DNA of 61,058 nucleotides, filler included, from Sluysia triapertura (Eukaryota), in NCBI GenBank assembly GCA_046118255.1. It is 4 parts of 4 records of this genome, joined end to end, with 100 filler letters (N's around TTAATTAATTAA, not from the genome) between each part and the next. Parts side by side here need not be neighbours in the genome. Positions count along the whole stretch, not along the records: positions 1 to 16,130 come from JBJNIA010210145.1; 3 more parts are not named here. The stretch is one strand, 5' to 3'. Below, piece by piece: positions 1-12,738 of the stretch (the stretch's first letter is position 1; the number at the start of each line of letters is the position of its first letter). A program made the translations under genes and the position numbers. The notes under the pieces were generated by a model that was not told the DNA's origin, ran no database searches, and saw nothing but the letters and a program-made list of their open reading frames with translations.

Positions 1-65
1 TATTGTTAATGTCATTATCATCATAATTATCTTATTCACCGAGATTAATAGTATTACCGTTTAAC

Positions 66-91
66 ATTCATCATCATCATCATCATCATCA

Positions 92-125
<34 letters not shown>
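66..125. repeat. (ATC)n(ATT)n compound microsatellite
   Basis: Seen directly. Confidence 0.95.
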
Positions 126-127
<2 letters not shown>

Positions 128-412
128 TAATCACAATTACACCATCGTCATCTACATCATCATTACAATCATCAAAATGCACATTATGATTACTGTCATC
201 ATCATTATCATCATAATAATTAGTGACGCAATCATCATCAGTGCAATGCATTTTAAAACTCATTCGTATGTAAGCCAATGAATTTCGAATGTTTATAGTG
301 TATAATTGATGCAAGAGTTTATTAATTAAGCATTAGCCAATTGAATGTTAGTACGGTGTGTAAGTTAACATATTCCGAATAATCCAACGTACTCCTTTCT
401 TAAAAATACACA

Positions 413-700
413 TTGAAGCACAATGCGAATTGTGGTAACCTTATATTATGTCGACACACATCAAAGTACTATATAATAAAATTGTTTTGTTACATAAAAA
501 AGAGAGTAATAAATAATTATATGCAAAACTTATGGCAACACGAAACTGTAACATGTCTCATGCGTTACCTTGTCAATCCTTCTGCTAGTAATGTATTACT
601 TAAATATGTTAAAGTAATTCATGTTCCTTCATTTAGTGTCACTGTTTTCGAACCATGTAATGTAAATTCTCATATTTTTCAATATTTTTAACAGTATTAG
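413..700 (+). pseudogene. Possible ROQ-domain relic
   Basis: NNYMQNLWQH ([10 protein letters not shown]); ASNVLLKYV (SRKVLVLFV). Confidence 0.3.
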
Positions 701-3700
701 GAACACGTGCAGAGTATGCACCAGGTACGTTATTTCCTACTTTTATACCAATTTTCTGTAAATTTATGTTATACTAATGGGAATGAGCACAGAAAATGAT
801 CGGTAGATCAAGGGAAATAGTATTCTAATTTATCATTGTCGTAAATAAGCCTTAATCGAAATACAACTTATTTTTAAGACTTGTTATTTGTATTTAAAAG
901 CACTTCTACCTCTTATATCAGAGACGAGTAAACTTTGATCTTCAGAATAAATTTAAGCTTTACGTTAAGATTTAAAGTTAAGATTTAAAGAAATTTTACT
1001 TAACAGTCATAGGCGAAATATTCAGCAAATATTCAAACACACAAACTTAACTCGAAGACAAAAGGTTATAAGCTAACATTTTAATTATTAATGCCGGTAA
1101 CAACTATCGACATTTTTCTGAAATTATTTTATTATTTTATTTATTTTTACTATTATTATTATTATAACTGAAATAATTTGTTAAATTAAAAATAAAATCC
1201 TATCACATCTTATTTTAAATACAGCACATGATTTAATATTTTATTTATAACGTTATATGAAGATATTAAAGTTGTGAATTGTACTATAAACGTAAAAGAT
1301 GATATTACAAGTACGAATTGAATAAAGTTTTTATAGAAATATTTTAGGATATAATAAGAATGATGTAAACTGATGTTTAAAATGTATGAAAAAATGTGAA
1401 AAATGTAACATGAGAAGGTGTAAGAATTATGATATGTTAAGCTTGTAAATGTTTTCTACTGAATACTTTTATGTTCAGATTGGTAATTTATTTTTGGTTT
1501 ATTTGTTATTCAAATTAAATTATTAAATTATTTAATGTATAACTACAGCAAATAAGATATCGTTAGTGATACAACTATATTTTATTATAATTCAAATTGA
1601 AAGTAATGGAATTGACTTAAAATTCACACACAATTAGCGAATCTTTCGCCACCACAACGAATCGATGACATATGCTGGCGATAGGATATTTTAATTTAAC
1701 TAATATCTATTCGGAATAGGAGAAATAACTCTAACTCTAATCGAAACATATTACTGCCAGTTTTTGAAATGGATTGAGGTCTTAATTTACTATCTCTTTG
1801 TGTAGAATTATACTTGACTTCATACTACTAATTTAAAAGAAACCTTAGTATATTAGTGAATATGAGATATAGAAATATGAAGTTACTTTTTGAATTGAAG
1901 CTATTAAAATTACACTTATATATTTACCACCTCTGATTTTAACGGTGTTAATTGAAAGTCACAAGAATATCTAAACTATTTTAACTGCTACATACACAGC
2001 AATTAATCAGACGTTGAATAGAGACCACGTATAACGGAGTAAATTGAAATATGTGTAATAATATTACGTAAATAAAGTGTTTATTTATCTATCAAGAAAT
2101 AAAGTAATATTTATTAGTGTAGATATATTCATTAAGAAAAAAATTACATATTTGGAGGGATCATGAATATTTATTATAATTATTACTTTGTTATTCTAGT
2201 TAATTTTATTATTATTAATAGAAACACTTTAATAAAATCCAAACCAAGATACACTTTAAGATGCTTAAATACGTACTATTGTTTATCTTTATCCCACTGG
2301 GACAGAGATCAAGACGAATATCTTCAATACTATACAAGAATTTGCTTCATTTTTAAAATTTGTTTGACACTTTATTTGCCAAACGTTGTAAAATTGAATG
2401 ACACATCATTAATCCTCCTGAATTTCATAGGAAGTTACGATATCCACTTACAATAAATTACCGCCTTATCCTACAACATTACATCTGTTCTCAGCGATAC
2501 CGTATATGGTATGACTTATTACAATTATTACCACACTTAATTTACAATCAGAGAAATAACAATGAAATCCTATTGTTTTATTTAAGTTTAAATGAAAAAA
2601 ACAAACAAATAACTACTAAATGAATGTATGTAATAAATTATAATACGGCCAAACTAATATTAGAGAAGTAAAATTAATATTAAATAGATGAAATTGGTCA
2701 TATTATAAAAATAATGCATATTAAAATAGTAATTATTATATTAAACCTATGTTTTTTAAATATTTTATTGTAAGCTCTTTTAACTTTGATAGAGATATAA
2801 GTGTATATAGTAAGTGAAAAATCAAAAAATCACTTTTAAGTTATTACATTACTAAGTAACTAAATTTGTGAGTAATAATAGGTACAAACCAATATTAAAG
2901 GTAGGGTTTTAAGGAAATTTTTAATTCTTTATTTTCTTTTTTGTCCAGGTAATAAAATGTGTTTCAAAATAATTTTAATTCTTCAGTACCGTCTCAAATA
3001 TACAAAAATAAATTTTTACTTTTATTCTAATGCTGCATGATAATAATAATAATAATACTATTTTTTACTCAAAACAAAATATAGCCAATAGTTATTCAAT
3101 TTCCAATATAAATCATATTCATTATAATCAACTTCTCTTTAATTTAGTAATTAAATCATGTATTTGATTTTTTATTTTAGTTATCTAGCCGGTTTTCTCA
3201 ATATATTAATTAATTATAATTCTGATTTTTTTACTTTTATTCAATTCTGTTTTATTAGCATTTGCGTTTAATCCGTAGATATTTTTGTGCGCTAATTAAG
3301 TGTGACAGATTCCTATGTATTTCCTTTAAGCTTGTTATAAGTTTCAGATTTTTATTTGATTATTTAAAGGTTTTTCTAAGTAATTTCATGTATTAAATAC
3401 TGATCGTAATGTTTACATTTTAAAATTACAATTATTTCAATACGATAACAAGACGTTTATTTTATTACTTTAGTTCGAAATTACTTATATAGTAATAACA
3501 ATTATGTTTACGTAACTTTTACATAGCTTTTTACTTAAAAAAGCTGGTTATTTTACTATTTAAATTTAGGTTATTTTATTTAATAGTTCTTTAGAGACGG
3601 TAAAGGTTTGTGAAGAGTTGGTGCCGATATTTTTTTCTCTATATTCGTACAAAATTTAATTTAATGAAATGGATCCATTTAGATTATGCGTTTTGAGAGA

Positions 3701-4149
3701 TGCTTAAGAAATTGCTTGATTTAAAATTTATTTATATTTTTTGAATTTAATTTTTTATTTTTGATGTATTAAAAGCTGACTAAAGGCCTGGAAAATACAC
3801 TTGTTCAAAATTTAATGACAAGTACAGTTAATAAAAAAGCAAAACAAGATAATAAATATAAAATATAAAAAGAATATTCGAGACATAAATCGGATTATAA
3901 AGATGTTTGTTCAAACCGGACGTATATAAATTGGAATTAGATATATCAGTATTATAAGTGGCCTCTCCGAAAAAAGCAACTTCAATTTTATGCAATATTT
4001 TTTGTTTCTTTTTAGAATCTTTTAATGTCTTTGATAAAAGTCTTACTGATTTTCCTTATAAATTGCTAAAAATATAAAGTGCTGAGAAAGTATTTGCTGA
4101 TCTTTCAGAAATGATGCTAAATAATTGAATATATTTAACAAACTAATGT

Positions 4150-4600
4150 GATCCGATGTTGGTTGTAGTGTAATATTCATTGATCCAGTAATTGTTGGTA
4201 AATAATCAAAATTTCTTAAATTGTTTACTTGATTTTAACAATGACTCCAAATTCTGATGGTGGATAGTAAGTTGTATTTAAAGATTCTTCATATGAATCA
4301 AGAGTGCAGCTATTAGTTGATAATAATTTGATATTTTATTACATGAATCATGATGACACTTAAGATTTCTAAAATATTTTCGAATTCGCGTTGAGATTGT
4401 TCAATTAAATTTAGATCTTTGGTAATTTCGCATTATTAAGTACTTTGATTATTTTCAAAAGAATCGAAAATTGAGTAATTGTCATTCAATGTTTTTCCGA
4501 TCTTAAATAAAGCCTCAATATCATTGCCATAACCAATCAATGAAAATTTCGTCATTCAATATACGTCATCATCAGAACCAATCATTGAAAATTTTACATT
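4150..4600 (-). pseudogene. Possible ROQ-domain relic
   Basis: KIGKTLNDNYS ([11 protein letters not shown]); CEITKDLNLIEQSQREFEN ([19 protein letters not shown]). Confidence 0.35.
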
Positions 4601-4739
4601 TCTAATAAATAAAACGACTTTAGTAGCTTTTACATTAAAATTAACGTAATTTAAATATTTTTAATAATCAATCAATCAAATAATTATTTTTATATTAATT
4701 TTTTAATTTCTTTAGCATATTATTAGAGTCATTTCTTTG

Positions 4740-5180
4740 TTGATATTGTCGGAGATGTGCTTTACTATTTCGGAGATTATTCATAAATTTGACGCTCTCA
4801 GTACGTATAATATTGGCGGTTTAGTACGTTCATAGTATTTTCAAGTTTGATATCAACTGTTTTTGAAATTAAATTAATAAAGCTTATATTTTATATTAAT
4901 TATATCTGATAATCAGCAAACATTTGACAAATACTCGGATTCCATTGTATTAACGATTCAATCTGGATTTGTAAAGATTTTCTTTATTATTTTTCATTAG
5001 CTATCATACTACCAGCATCACACTCAAATCCCACTACATAATTGTTTGTTTTTTATTGATTGATTTAATTTTCCTAAATGATTAATGTAGGATTTATATT
5101 TTTGAATTTCTGAATTCCTCAATTTTAGTAATTCTTCAAAACGCAGTAATAACGTTAGATGATCAACACTTAGAGCAGCT
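4740..5180 (-). pseudogene. ROQ-domain relic
   Basis: KQLCSGI*V (QQLSSNLWA); MESEYLSNV (MQEEALKLV); ILYVLRASNL ([10 protein letters not shown]). Confidence 0.45.
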
Positions 5181-6149
5181 GCAATAAAATCAAAATTTTA
5201 TTTTTAATGGCAAAAGTTTGTATTTGATACAAAACATGAAATTGTCTAGAAAGATAAAAAATTAGAAGATTCAAACAGAAACGCATAAAAATCATTTTAG
5301 AATCATAAGGAAGCAATAGATATATACATATATAAATATATAACAATAAGTCTCAGAAAATATAAAATTAGTAAATTAAGAAATAGCATTTAATAAAACA
5401 AAAATATGATTAACAATAATTTTGATAAAGTACGATAAATTTTGATTGTAAGACTATGCGATTGTTAAAATGTATAATATTATGAAAATTGTTTTTGTAT
5501 TTTGAGATCACCACATGTGTTTCATATTCTTACGAAAGACATTCTTTCAGGATTTATGTAATTTTAATAGATAGGATATTTAACACTTTCTAATAATACT
5601 TTTATTTATGTATTAATTTACTTATTATAGAGTTTTATTTATTTATTATCAGATGCAATCCTTCAATCTGTTATCTAATTAGTCAATATTTCTATAATAA
5701 ACACAAGAAAAAACTGAATATTATCTCAATAAAACGTCTGACCAGCTTCATAATACAATAAATTTAAAACTCCTCCACAAATTTAATAAAATTATAAAGC
5801 ATTAATAAAACGTAATGCTTTAATATTAGAATTTTATGATGATTTTGTAGCTACCACACTAAGATAGGAAACAATAACAAAAAATTTAAGTATATTTTAT
5901 TAATCAAACTTAGGTAAGATGAAAAATATTATGGATAAAAAAAATTATGGATTTACAATTACTAATTTTTTGCGGAGTCGCAATATCTGAGAATGTCAGT
6001 ATCTATGTTGTGTTAATAAATTTTCGGTTTTGTTGTATTTAACTATCCAAATTTCTAATTGGATTCAGGAAATCAATAATTTCTCTAATTTATAACTATT
6101 TGTTTTTAGATAAAATCGATGAAAGAAATAATTGAGGTATGGAATATTT

Positions 6150-6370
6150 TTCATTTATTTCAGATTCGAGATTCGTCGGGTCATGACAAAAGTGCATTTC
6201 GACAGTAAAGAATGAATAAATCGAGTGGTTATTGTTGAACTGCTATGAATTTGAATTGTGTTTATTAAAAATGAGTTGAATATAGGGTGACTCGTAAAGC
6301 TGCTTTCTAAAATAAGTACATTTGTAAAGGTTATCAGACGAAAGGCATTATTAATATGTTTACACATACT
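6150..6370 (+). pseudogene. ROQ-domain relic
   Basis: INRVVIVELL...NIG*LVKLLSKISTFVKV ([10 protein letters not shown]...[17 protein letters not shown]). Confidence 0.55.
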
Positions 6371-6539
6371 TTACTATTATTATAATAAGTGTTTTATTTT
6401 TCTATTTCATCTCTTATAATATTTCTTGTTAGTCAAAAAATTGAGATATTAAATTTTATCTGTACTACACTTTTAAATCTAATAGTTTTTTTTACTAGGA
6501 TCAATATTTGAGAATAAACTCCTGATCATATTTATTTCA

Positions 6540-7290
6540 GCCTGAATACTTGGTATTTGATACTTAACTTTACTAAAATGAACTTTTATTTCGTTCACTA
6601 TCTTTGTTAATTTCATTTAAGCTTTCTGGGAGCATGATTCTACTATTTAAAATAATGGAAGTCAACTTGTCCTGCAGTCAGAATAGATTTAAAAAAATGT
6701 AATACATATCATTTATAATCACAAAAATTTTACATGTTCAAAATATTTACGAAAGTTACTAGGATTATCAGAATATAGTGAAGATACTAATTTTAGATTA
6801 GGTGTAACTCATACACTTGAATTGCCAAGATATATTTTTCGTCCATTAAATAGCATACAGTTCATAGATTGAGAAATAGAGACATCTTTTAATTTATCTA
6901 GCACCATTTTCAGTTTATTATGTTCTGGTTTTGTCATCTTATAAATCTCCTTAATAATAGCAATTCAATGATTACCTCTCGATTCAGAAATGTCTTGTAT
7001 TTACACGAATTCATAAACAACACTGGAATATTACAATTAAATTTATTGTTCGATGACTCTATCTGTTGTACCTTTAAATCTTGAAACTCTAATTCTGAGC
7101 ACAATGAAATTAATGTTTTGGGTTCTATGGAAATCATAAAGGCTCCAAGATCACCATTAAATTTTAACATGACTAATTGATTTAAATAATCATTTATTAA
7201 TTCATCATCAGTATATTCTGAAACTTTGAAGGATGAGTCGCTTTGAAGGATTAACCAATAAATTTCATGGTTAGCTTCATCTAAATAACC
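6540..7290 (-). pseudogene. ROQ-domain relic
   Basis: FLNREVIIELLLLR ([14 protein letters not shown]); QDKLTSIILNSRIMLPESL...RNKVHF ([21 protein letters not shown]...HKSHM). Confidence 0.4.
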
Positions 7291-7476
7291 TTTAAAAAGA
7301 AGTTTAAGTCTTACAAATCACTTTTGACAATTTTGTTATGATTTTCTGGAGTTATACATATTAACATCATGATTTCATTCTCATTTCGGCATCACTTTTA
7401 GTAATTTCTTTAATTTTGGTGCACTTAATTGTTGCATAATATTAGATATTACTATTACTACTACTACTACTACTAC

Positions 7477-7519
<43 letters not shown>

Positions 7520-7967
7520 TATTTATGTCTCGAAATTAGGACGTCTAGGCCCATAGCAAAAGCAAATAAAAATAAAAATCAATTAAAAAATAAAAAAATT
7601 ATTTTAATAGAATTAGTTAAAGTTAAAAATAAAAGGGTCAGTTATTTAATAAAAACGGTTCAATTAAAAAAATTTACACCGTTCAGAAATAACATTATTC
7701 ATCAATTGCTATTTAAATTAAAACTTTAAATAATGGCTATTATGTCTAAAAATCATTTTGTTGACTATATCTCAGTTAAAACATTTCAATTGTATGACCA
7801 ATTTCAGAATGGAAGAAAAAAAACACCTTTTAAAGTAGATTTGACATAAGAACGATGCAGGAGAGTGCTCGCATGTTTTATAATTATTATCGGGATGATC
7901 AAATGTCTTGCGAAAGGATAAAATAGTTAAACTAAAAGGTAAAAAGAATGTTATATTAGAGTGGATT

Positions 7968-8165
7968 TTAAGTAGTGTTCATGCTAGCGAAATGAAAGAT
8001 GAGTTTAATGAGTTTAACTGGATGTAGAAAAACTTTTTGAAGAGTTTGTAGCACACATTCAAATAAATTGAATCGAACAAAAGTTGCAATATTTTCGCGA
8101 CTAATACTTGAGGAATGTTCAATTTTATTAGAGCGAGTAAGAAGTGTGAAGCAAGCCCCTATCAA
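7968..8165 (-). pseudogene. ROQ-domain relic
   Basis: IEHSSSISRENIATFVRFNLFECVLQTLQKVFLHPVKLI aligns ungapped to [39 protein letters not shown] (11/39 identical by eye). Confidence 0.6.
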
Positions 8166-8639
8166 TCATGTTTATAAAAAAATTTCAGAATTTCGAGCAA
8201 AGTTTATTAATTTCGAATTCGACTAAGATAACCGAAACCGATTCAATAATTATAAACCAGGATAGATTTATTAATCTATTGAAGGTACTGACTTTTTCAA
8301 GAATTTATCTTATTGTTTTTTGTCTTTTTAAAAGTTTACAAATATCCTTATATATAAATCAAAAAATTTGTTAATAATAATCAATTGTGTATTTTAATCA
8401 CTTTCAATCTTGAGTGTTTAACATAGAGCGTTAAATCAAATTAAAAGAATCGAATCTAATATTAAAAATTGAAATAAATTCTTATAAAATTCGATTTACT
8501 GTTCTTGAGTTCATAATAACTCTCAGACGACTTGACGAACAATGTAATATTTCAAAATGCTACATGATATTCAATGTATATAAATTTCGACAAAATATTG
8601 ATGAATCTTATCTTATATATTACTTTGAAATAAATCATG

Positions 8640-8900
8640 ATACGGAGTTACTATCTATGTTCCATATTCAAGAGTCATCTAAAAGCACACTTTTATACCA
8701 TTTTCGGCCTATCTTACTTAAAAGTACATAATAACTCGCTCTTAACCCCTACTTAAACTACTTAAACGAATGAGTGTTAGATTATGATACTTTGCATATA
8801 TATCACCAATCAACAACGTTAATTTCACTATTTCAACGTTTAAAAGCTCCATGAATGACATTCATCACACTAGGTTGTCACTCCTGTCTTATATCTGGGA
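8640..8900 (+). pseudogene. ROQ-domain relic
   Basis: QESSKSTL (PQASKTSI); DYDTLHIYHQS ([11 protein letters not shown]); RLKAP*MTFITLG. Confidence 0.4.
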
Positions 8901-9735
8901 CCATTGTTGTGCAACAAGATCTAAGGACTCTTCTTGTAACGTCATGCAATACTGACTCAACAGCATAGAAAATTATCAAAAATAATTCAATAAGGCCGAA
9001 TTACAAACATAACTGAAAAATTACTACAAAAGGCGACGTATTTCGATTCAAGCATTCAATTGTTTAATTAGGTGTATTCAAAATATTATTTTATATTACC
9101 TATTCTTATCGAAATCAATGGAAAAATAGATTTTTAATTAATAAAATTAAAATAAAATTTAAAATATTTGTTTAAGAATTCGTTACACTTTTCGCATTTA
9201 TAAATTTTTCATATTTTAATAAGTATAATCAAATTGTCTTAAAATCATGATAGATGGAACCAACATTTTTCAGACCAATAGAATAAAAATCGTAGTAGAA
9301 AGCAAAACTTTAAATTATAAAATATTGTGTTGACTATGTGGAAAATGCCACTATATCTAACAATTTTATATTATGGCCGATTAATTTTTTAATTCCATTC
9401 TATAATTAATTTCACCCTTATTATTTTTCTTATTATTACATTATTCTTATTGTATGGCCAATTTCATCTATATGTTAATTAATTTCCTTGCCTGATATGT
9501 GTTTGACCATATTAAAATTCATTTACACATTCATATGCATTTGTTTCGTAGTTATATATGTTGATTTATATTTATTATTCTTCATTGCCGTTTCAATAAA
9601 ATCATATTGTTCTCTTCTCTTATTGTATTCTAATCTTATTTATTTTTGATTTTTGACAATTTAAAATATTGATCACAGTGATCGTAGGTCATACACAATC
9701 AAAATAAAATATAAATTTTGTTGCGACAAGAAATA

Positions 9736-10050
9736 TCAAATTTCCCTGGTGATTAATGAATTATTTCTTCCTACAACGTCACCCAATTCAAACAGCATTA
9801 CAAAAATAACACTTATTAAGCAGCCTTCAGTATTTAATATTTTGACCTGATAATATCTTATACGATGTGTAGTGTTCAACTCATTCATAAATACTAACTT
9901 CTTTGTAGGATGGTTTTTTAATAATTTCATAAAAATGCACATCTTTGTTTAGGATGTTATCGTCGCCAGTGTTGGTTTTTCAGTTTTTTTGTATTGTAGC
10001 AGAAGTTGACTTATTTGAGATGGGTGACCACTTTATAAACTATGATAATT
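9736..10050 (-). pseudogene. ROQ-domain relic
   Basis: ILNTEGCL (AVRARGCQ); VVGRNNSLITREI ([13 protein letters not shown]). Confidence 0.35.
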
Positions 10051-11249
10051 ATTGTGCATACTATCTGTTTAGTTTTGATAACGAATATAATCTCTTCAGT
10101 TGTTATTGTTTTTCGAATAACTTTAAATTACATGATAGTCATAACTATAAGGAACTTAAGTCCATTTCTCTTAATATTAAATTTATAAATCTTAACTTTA
10201 AAAGTAACAATAGTATAACTCGACCATCACACTATATTTGGGACTTTTATGATAAATTGGTTACTCGTTAAAAATTTTTATATATAATAATTGTAAGTTG
10301 TATTTATTTTAATTATTAATAAATTAAAATCAATTATTTTATTGTAAAGACGATTATTAAAAAAGAAACTTTTCTGTTATACGTGAACAATCTGCATTGT
10401 GTAAAGAAATTTATAAAGTTTCAGTTAACACTTTAATCTTTAAGAACGGAGACCAGTAAGAATTCACTTTTCGAGTTAAATTTATAAGATATATTAAGTA
10501 AATTAAAAGAGAAATAATAAAGAGAATTTAATTAAGATCACGAATTATTAGATTAATAATTAAAATTTTGAATCTCAGTCAGTTAAGAATCATAGAGAAT
10601 AAACTTTGAAGTAATTTATAAATATAAAGTTAACATTTATAATAACTGTAAACGATTAAAGTACTACTAGCACAATTTTAAAAGTTGAAAAATTTATTAA
10701 GGAACAGAACTTGAAAGTCTCCAAGTTTAACATTATCAGAAAAAGAATAAATTTCAAGAATTAAAGACTCAAACCGACTAAGAATTAAGACGTGCGATCA
10801 AATAAAACATAACTTTAAACGAGAATTTAATATTAAGCAAGAAAGAGATTCATAAGAAAATAAATAAATTAGATAAAGAATTATTTGATTAATTGTGAAA
10901 GTTCAGAGTTCAGTCAATAAAAGAATCATAAAGAATAATTTGTAAGAGTTAACGAATCCTTTAAGAGATATAAAGTTCAAGTTTGAAATAACTATTAAGA
11001 ATCAAAGTACTATTATAAAAAAGTTAAAAGACTTCATTATAAGGAGAATTCATAAATTTTGTAACTATCATTAAAGCACATTTTTAAAATTTTACGTACT
11101 ATTACCAAATCCTTTACGATTTGAGCCATCTTTTCAATCTAATATATCAATTATTTTAAATATAATGATAGTATTTATAAGATAATCATTCGGTAAATAT
11201 TAATATAATTTAAAAACCCGATTTATCATTAAATAATTCACTGCAGATG

Positions 11250-11480
11250 ATTACTAAAGAGAGCATTGATCAAATAATTTCAGATACATCTTATTAAGTA
11301 TACATATTTCTAATATTTCATATATAAGAGAATATCGAATAACTGCTAAACCTTCAAATTCGCACACATGATGCTAGAAAAATGGAGTTTGTGCTATAGC
11401 TACTAAACTGGTTAAATCATAATCTTCCATGACCTCTACACTTGCTGGAGAATATAAGAATATAACTTTAAAAAATATTT
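11250..11480 (-). pseudogene. ROQ-domain relic
   Basis: VIFLYSPASVEVMEDYDLTSLVAI ([24 protein letters not shown], ungapped); EFEGL...SLIYEI (TYEAL...SQIVQI). Confidence 0.55.
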
Positions 11481-12590
11481 TAATAGCATTAGTTAAACAA
11501 AAAATACAATAGAAATAATTTATTCAATCAAGAGAAAATATAATGAATAATAAAGTATAACAAACGTAGCATTATTAAAGGAATAAATATAAATAAATAA
11601 AGCTATTCAAACAAAAGAAAATCTAGTATTGGTATTCAATAAATAAACAAATATTTAGAATTCAATTTATTCAAGTAACTTGTTACCTTACGATATGTTC
11701 CAATACTAAATTAAAAATATTAAACCATTAAAGACTGACTTTAGATAATTGAACTTTAGATAGAAGGTATTAATAATTGACAGAAGATAATAGTTTTATT
11801 TAATTATTAATCATTAAATATTAAGGATAAATTATACGTCCGAAAATCAATAGATACGAAGTTTAAAAAGTTTAGTATAAATATTTATAACTGCTCTACT
11901 TATTAATTTTGAGTAACTTTGAATTAAATCTCAAACTGTACATTGATTTGATGAGAAATTTACATTGTTAGAAAGTGATAACAGAAAAGACATGACCGAC
12001 AACTCCGATTTTAAAAAATATTCGGTCAATTGAAATATCAATCCACATTAACTTACAGATTATCACTGTTTTAACTCTCTATTTGCACCTATCACATACA
12101 ACCTTCTTTTAGTTCAGCAAAAAAAGACCGTGATAATCACATTTGTATTTCTCGATTATTAAAGTTCAGCAAACATTATTCAGTTATGAATAATAAGAAT
12201 TATTTAAAATTATATTGTACGACACATTTACAACATCAAATAAATAAGAAAATTAAAAATAGAACACAATAAATACGGGATTTATAGTATAGTCGAATAA
12301 ATTATTATTCAAAATATATCAGTAAATTTTAAATAATTAAAACTGAACTAAAATAATTTAAAAAACCTTGAATAATTATATTTTTATTGAATATTTTTTC
12401 TCTGGTGAACTTGTAGAAAAATCACAATGAAATAAAACAATACTCTGTTCAAAGTTATAAATAGCTTTTTATGAATAATTAAATTTACTTAATAGTATAC
12501 CATTAAATATAACAAAATAATTACTTAATATATAATTAATGATGAGGATATTATTCATAATCATGAAAAGAATAATCTATAAACACTTAC

Positions 12591-12738
12591 ATTAATAACT
12601 CTGGCTGCTGTATCTTGTGTTTCTTTAGTTAGATCTACGTCATTAATGCTTACAATCTGATCATTCTTACGTAACCGTCCATCTAGATCTGCTTCACTAC
12701 CTTTCACAAGATCTAAGACATATAATCCAGGTTTATTT
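12591..12738 (-). CDS. PDZ-domain exon (LNX-like or MPDZ/PATJ-like multi-PDZ protein)
   Basis: TTTTTAG|A AAT AAA CCT GGA... = NKPGLYVLDLVKGSEADLDGRLRKNDQIVSINDVDLTKETQDTAARVIN|GTAAGT; open, canonical splice sites, PDZ 'A..DGRL...D.I..IN' motif. Partner exons not found. Confidence 0.88.

Noticed and set aside
54-314. Poly-D/I/M ORF (and similar ORFs at 24483, 31982, 32019, 42626)
   Set aside because: Artefacts of trinucleotide microsatellites.
560-730. Copia RNase H end on the minus strand (LLAEGLTR)
   Set aside because: One short motif only; the plus-strand ROQ-like reading explains the region at least as well.
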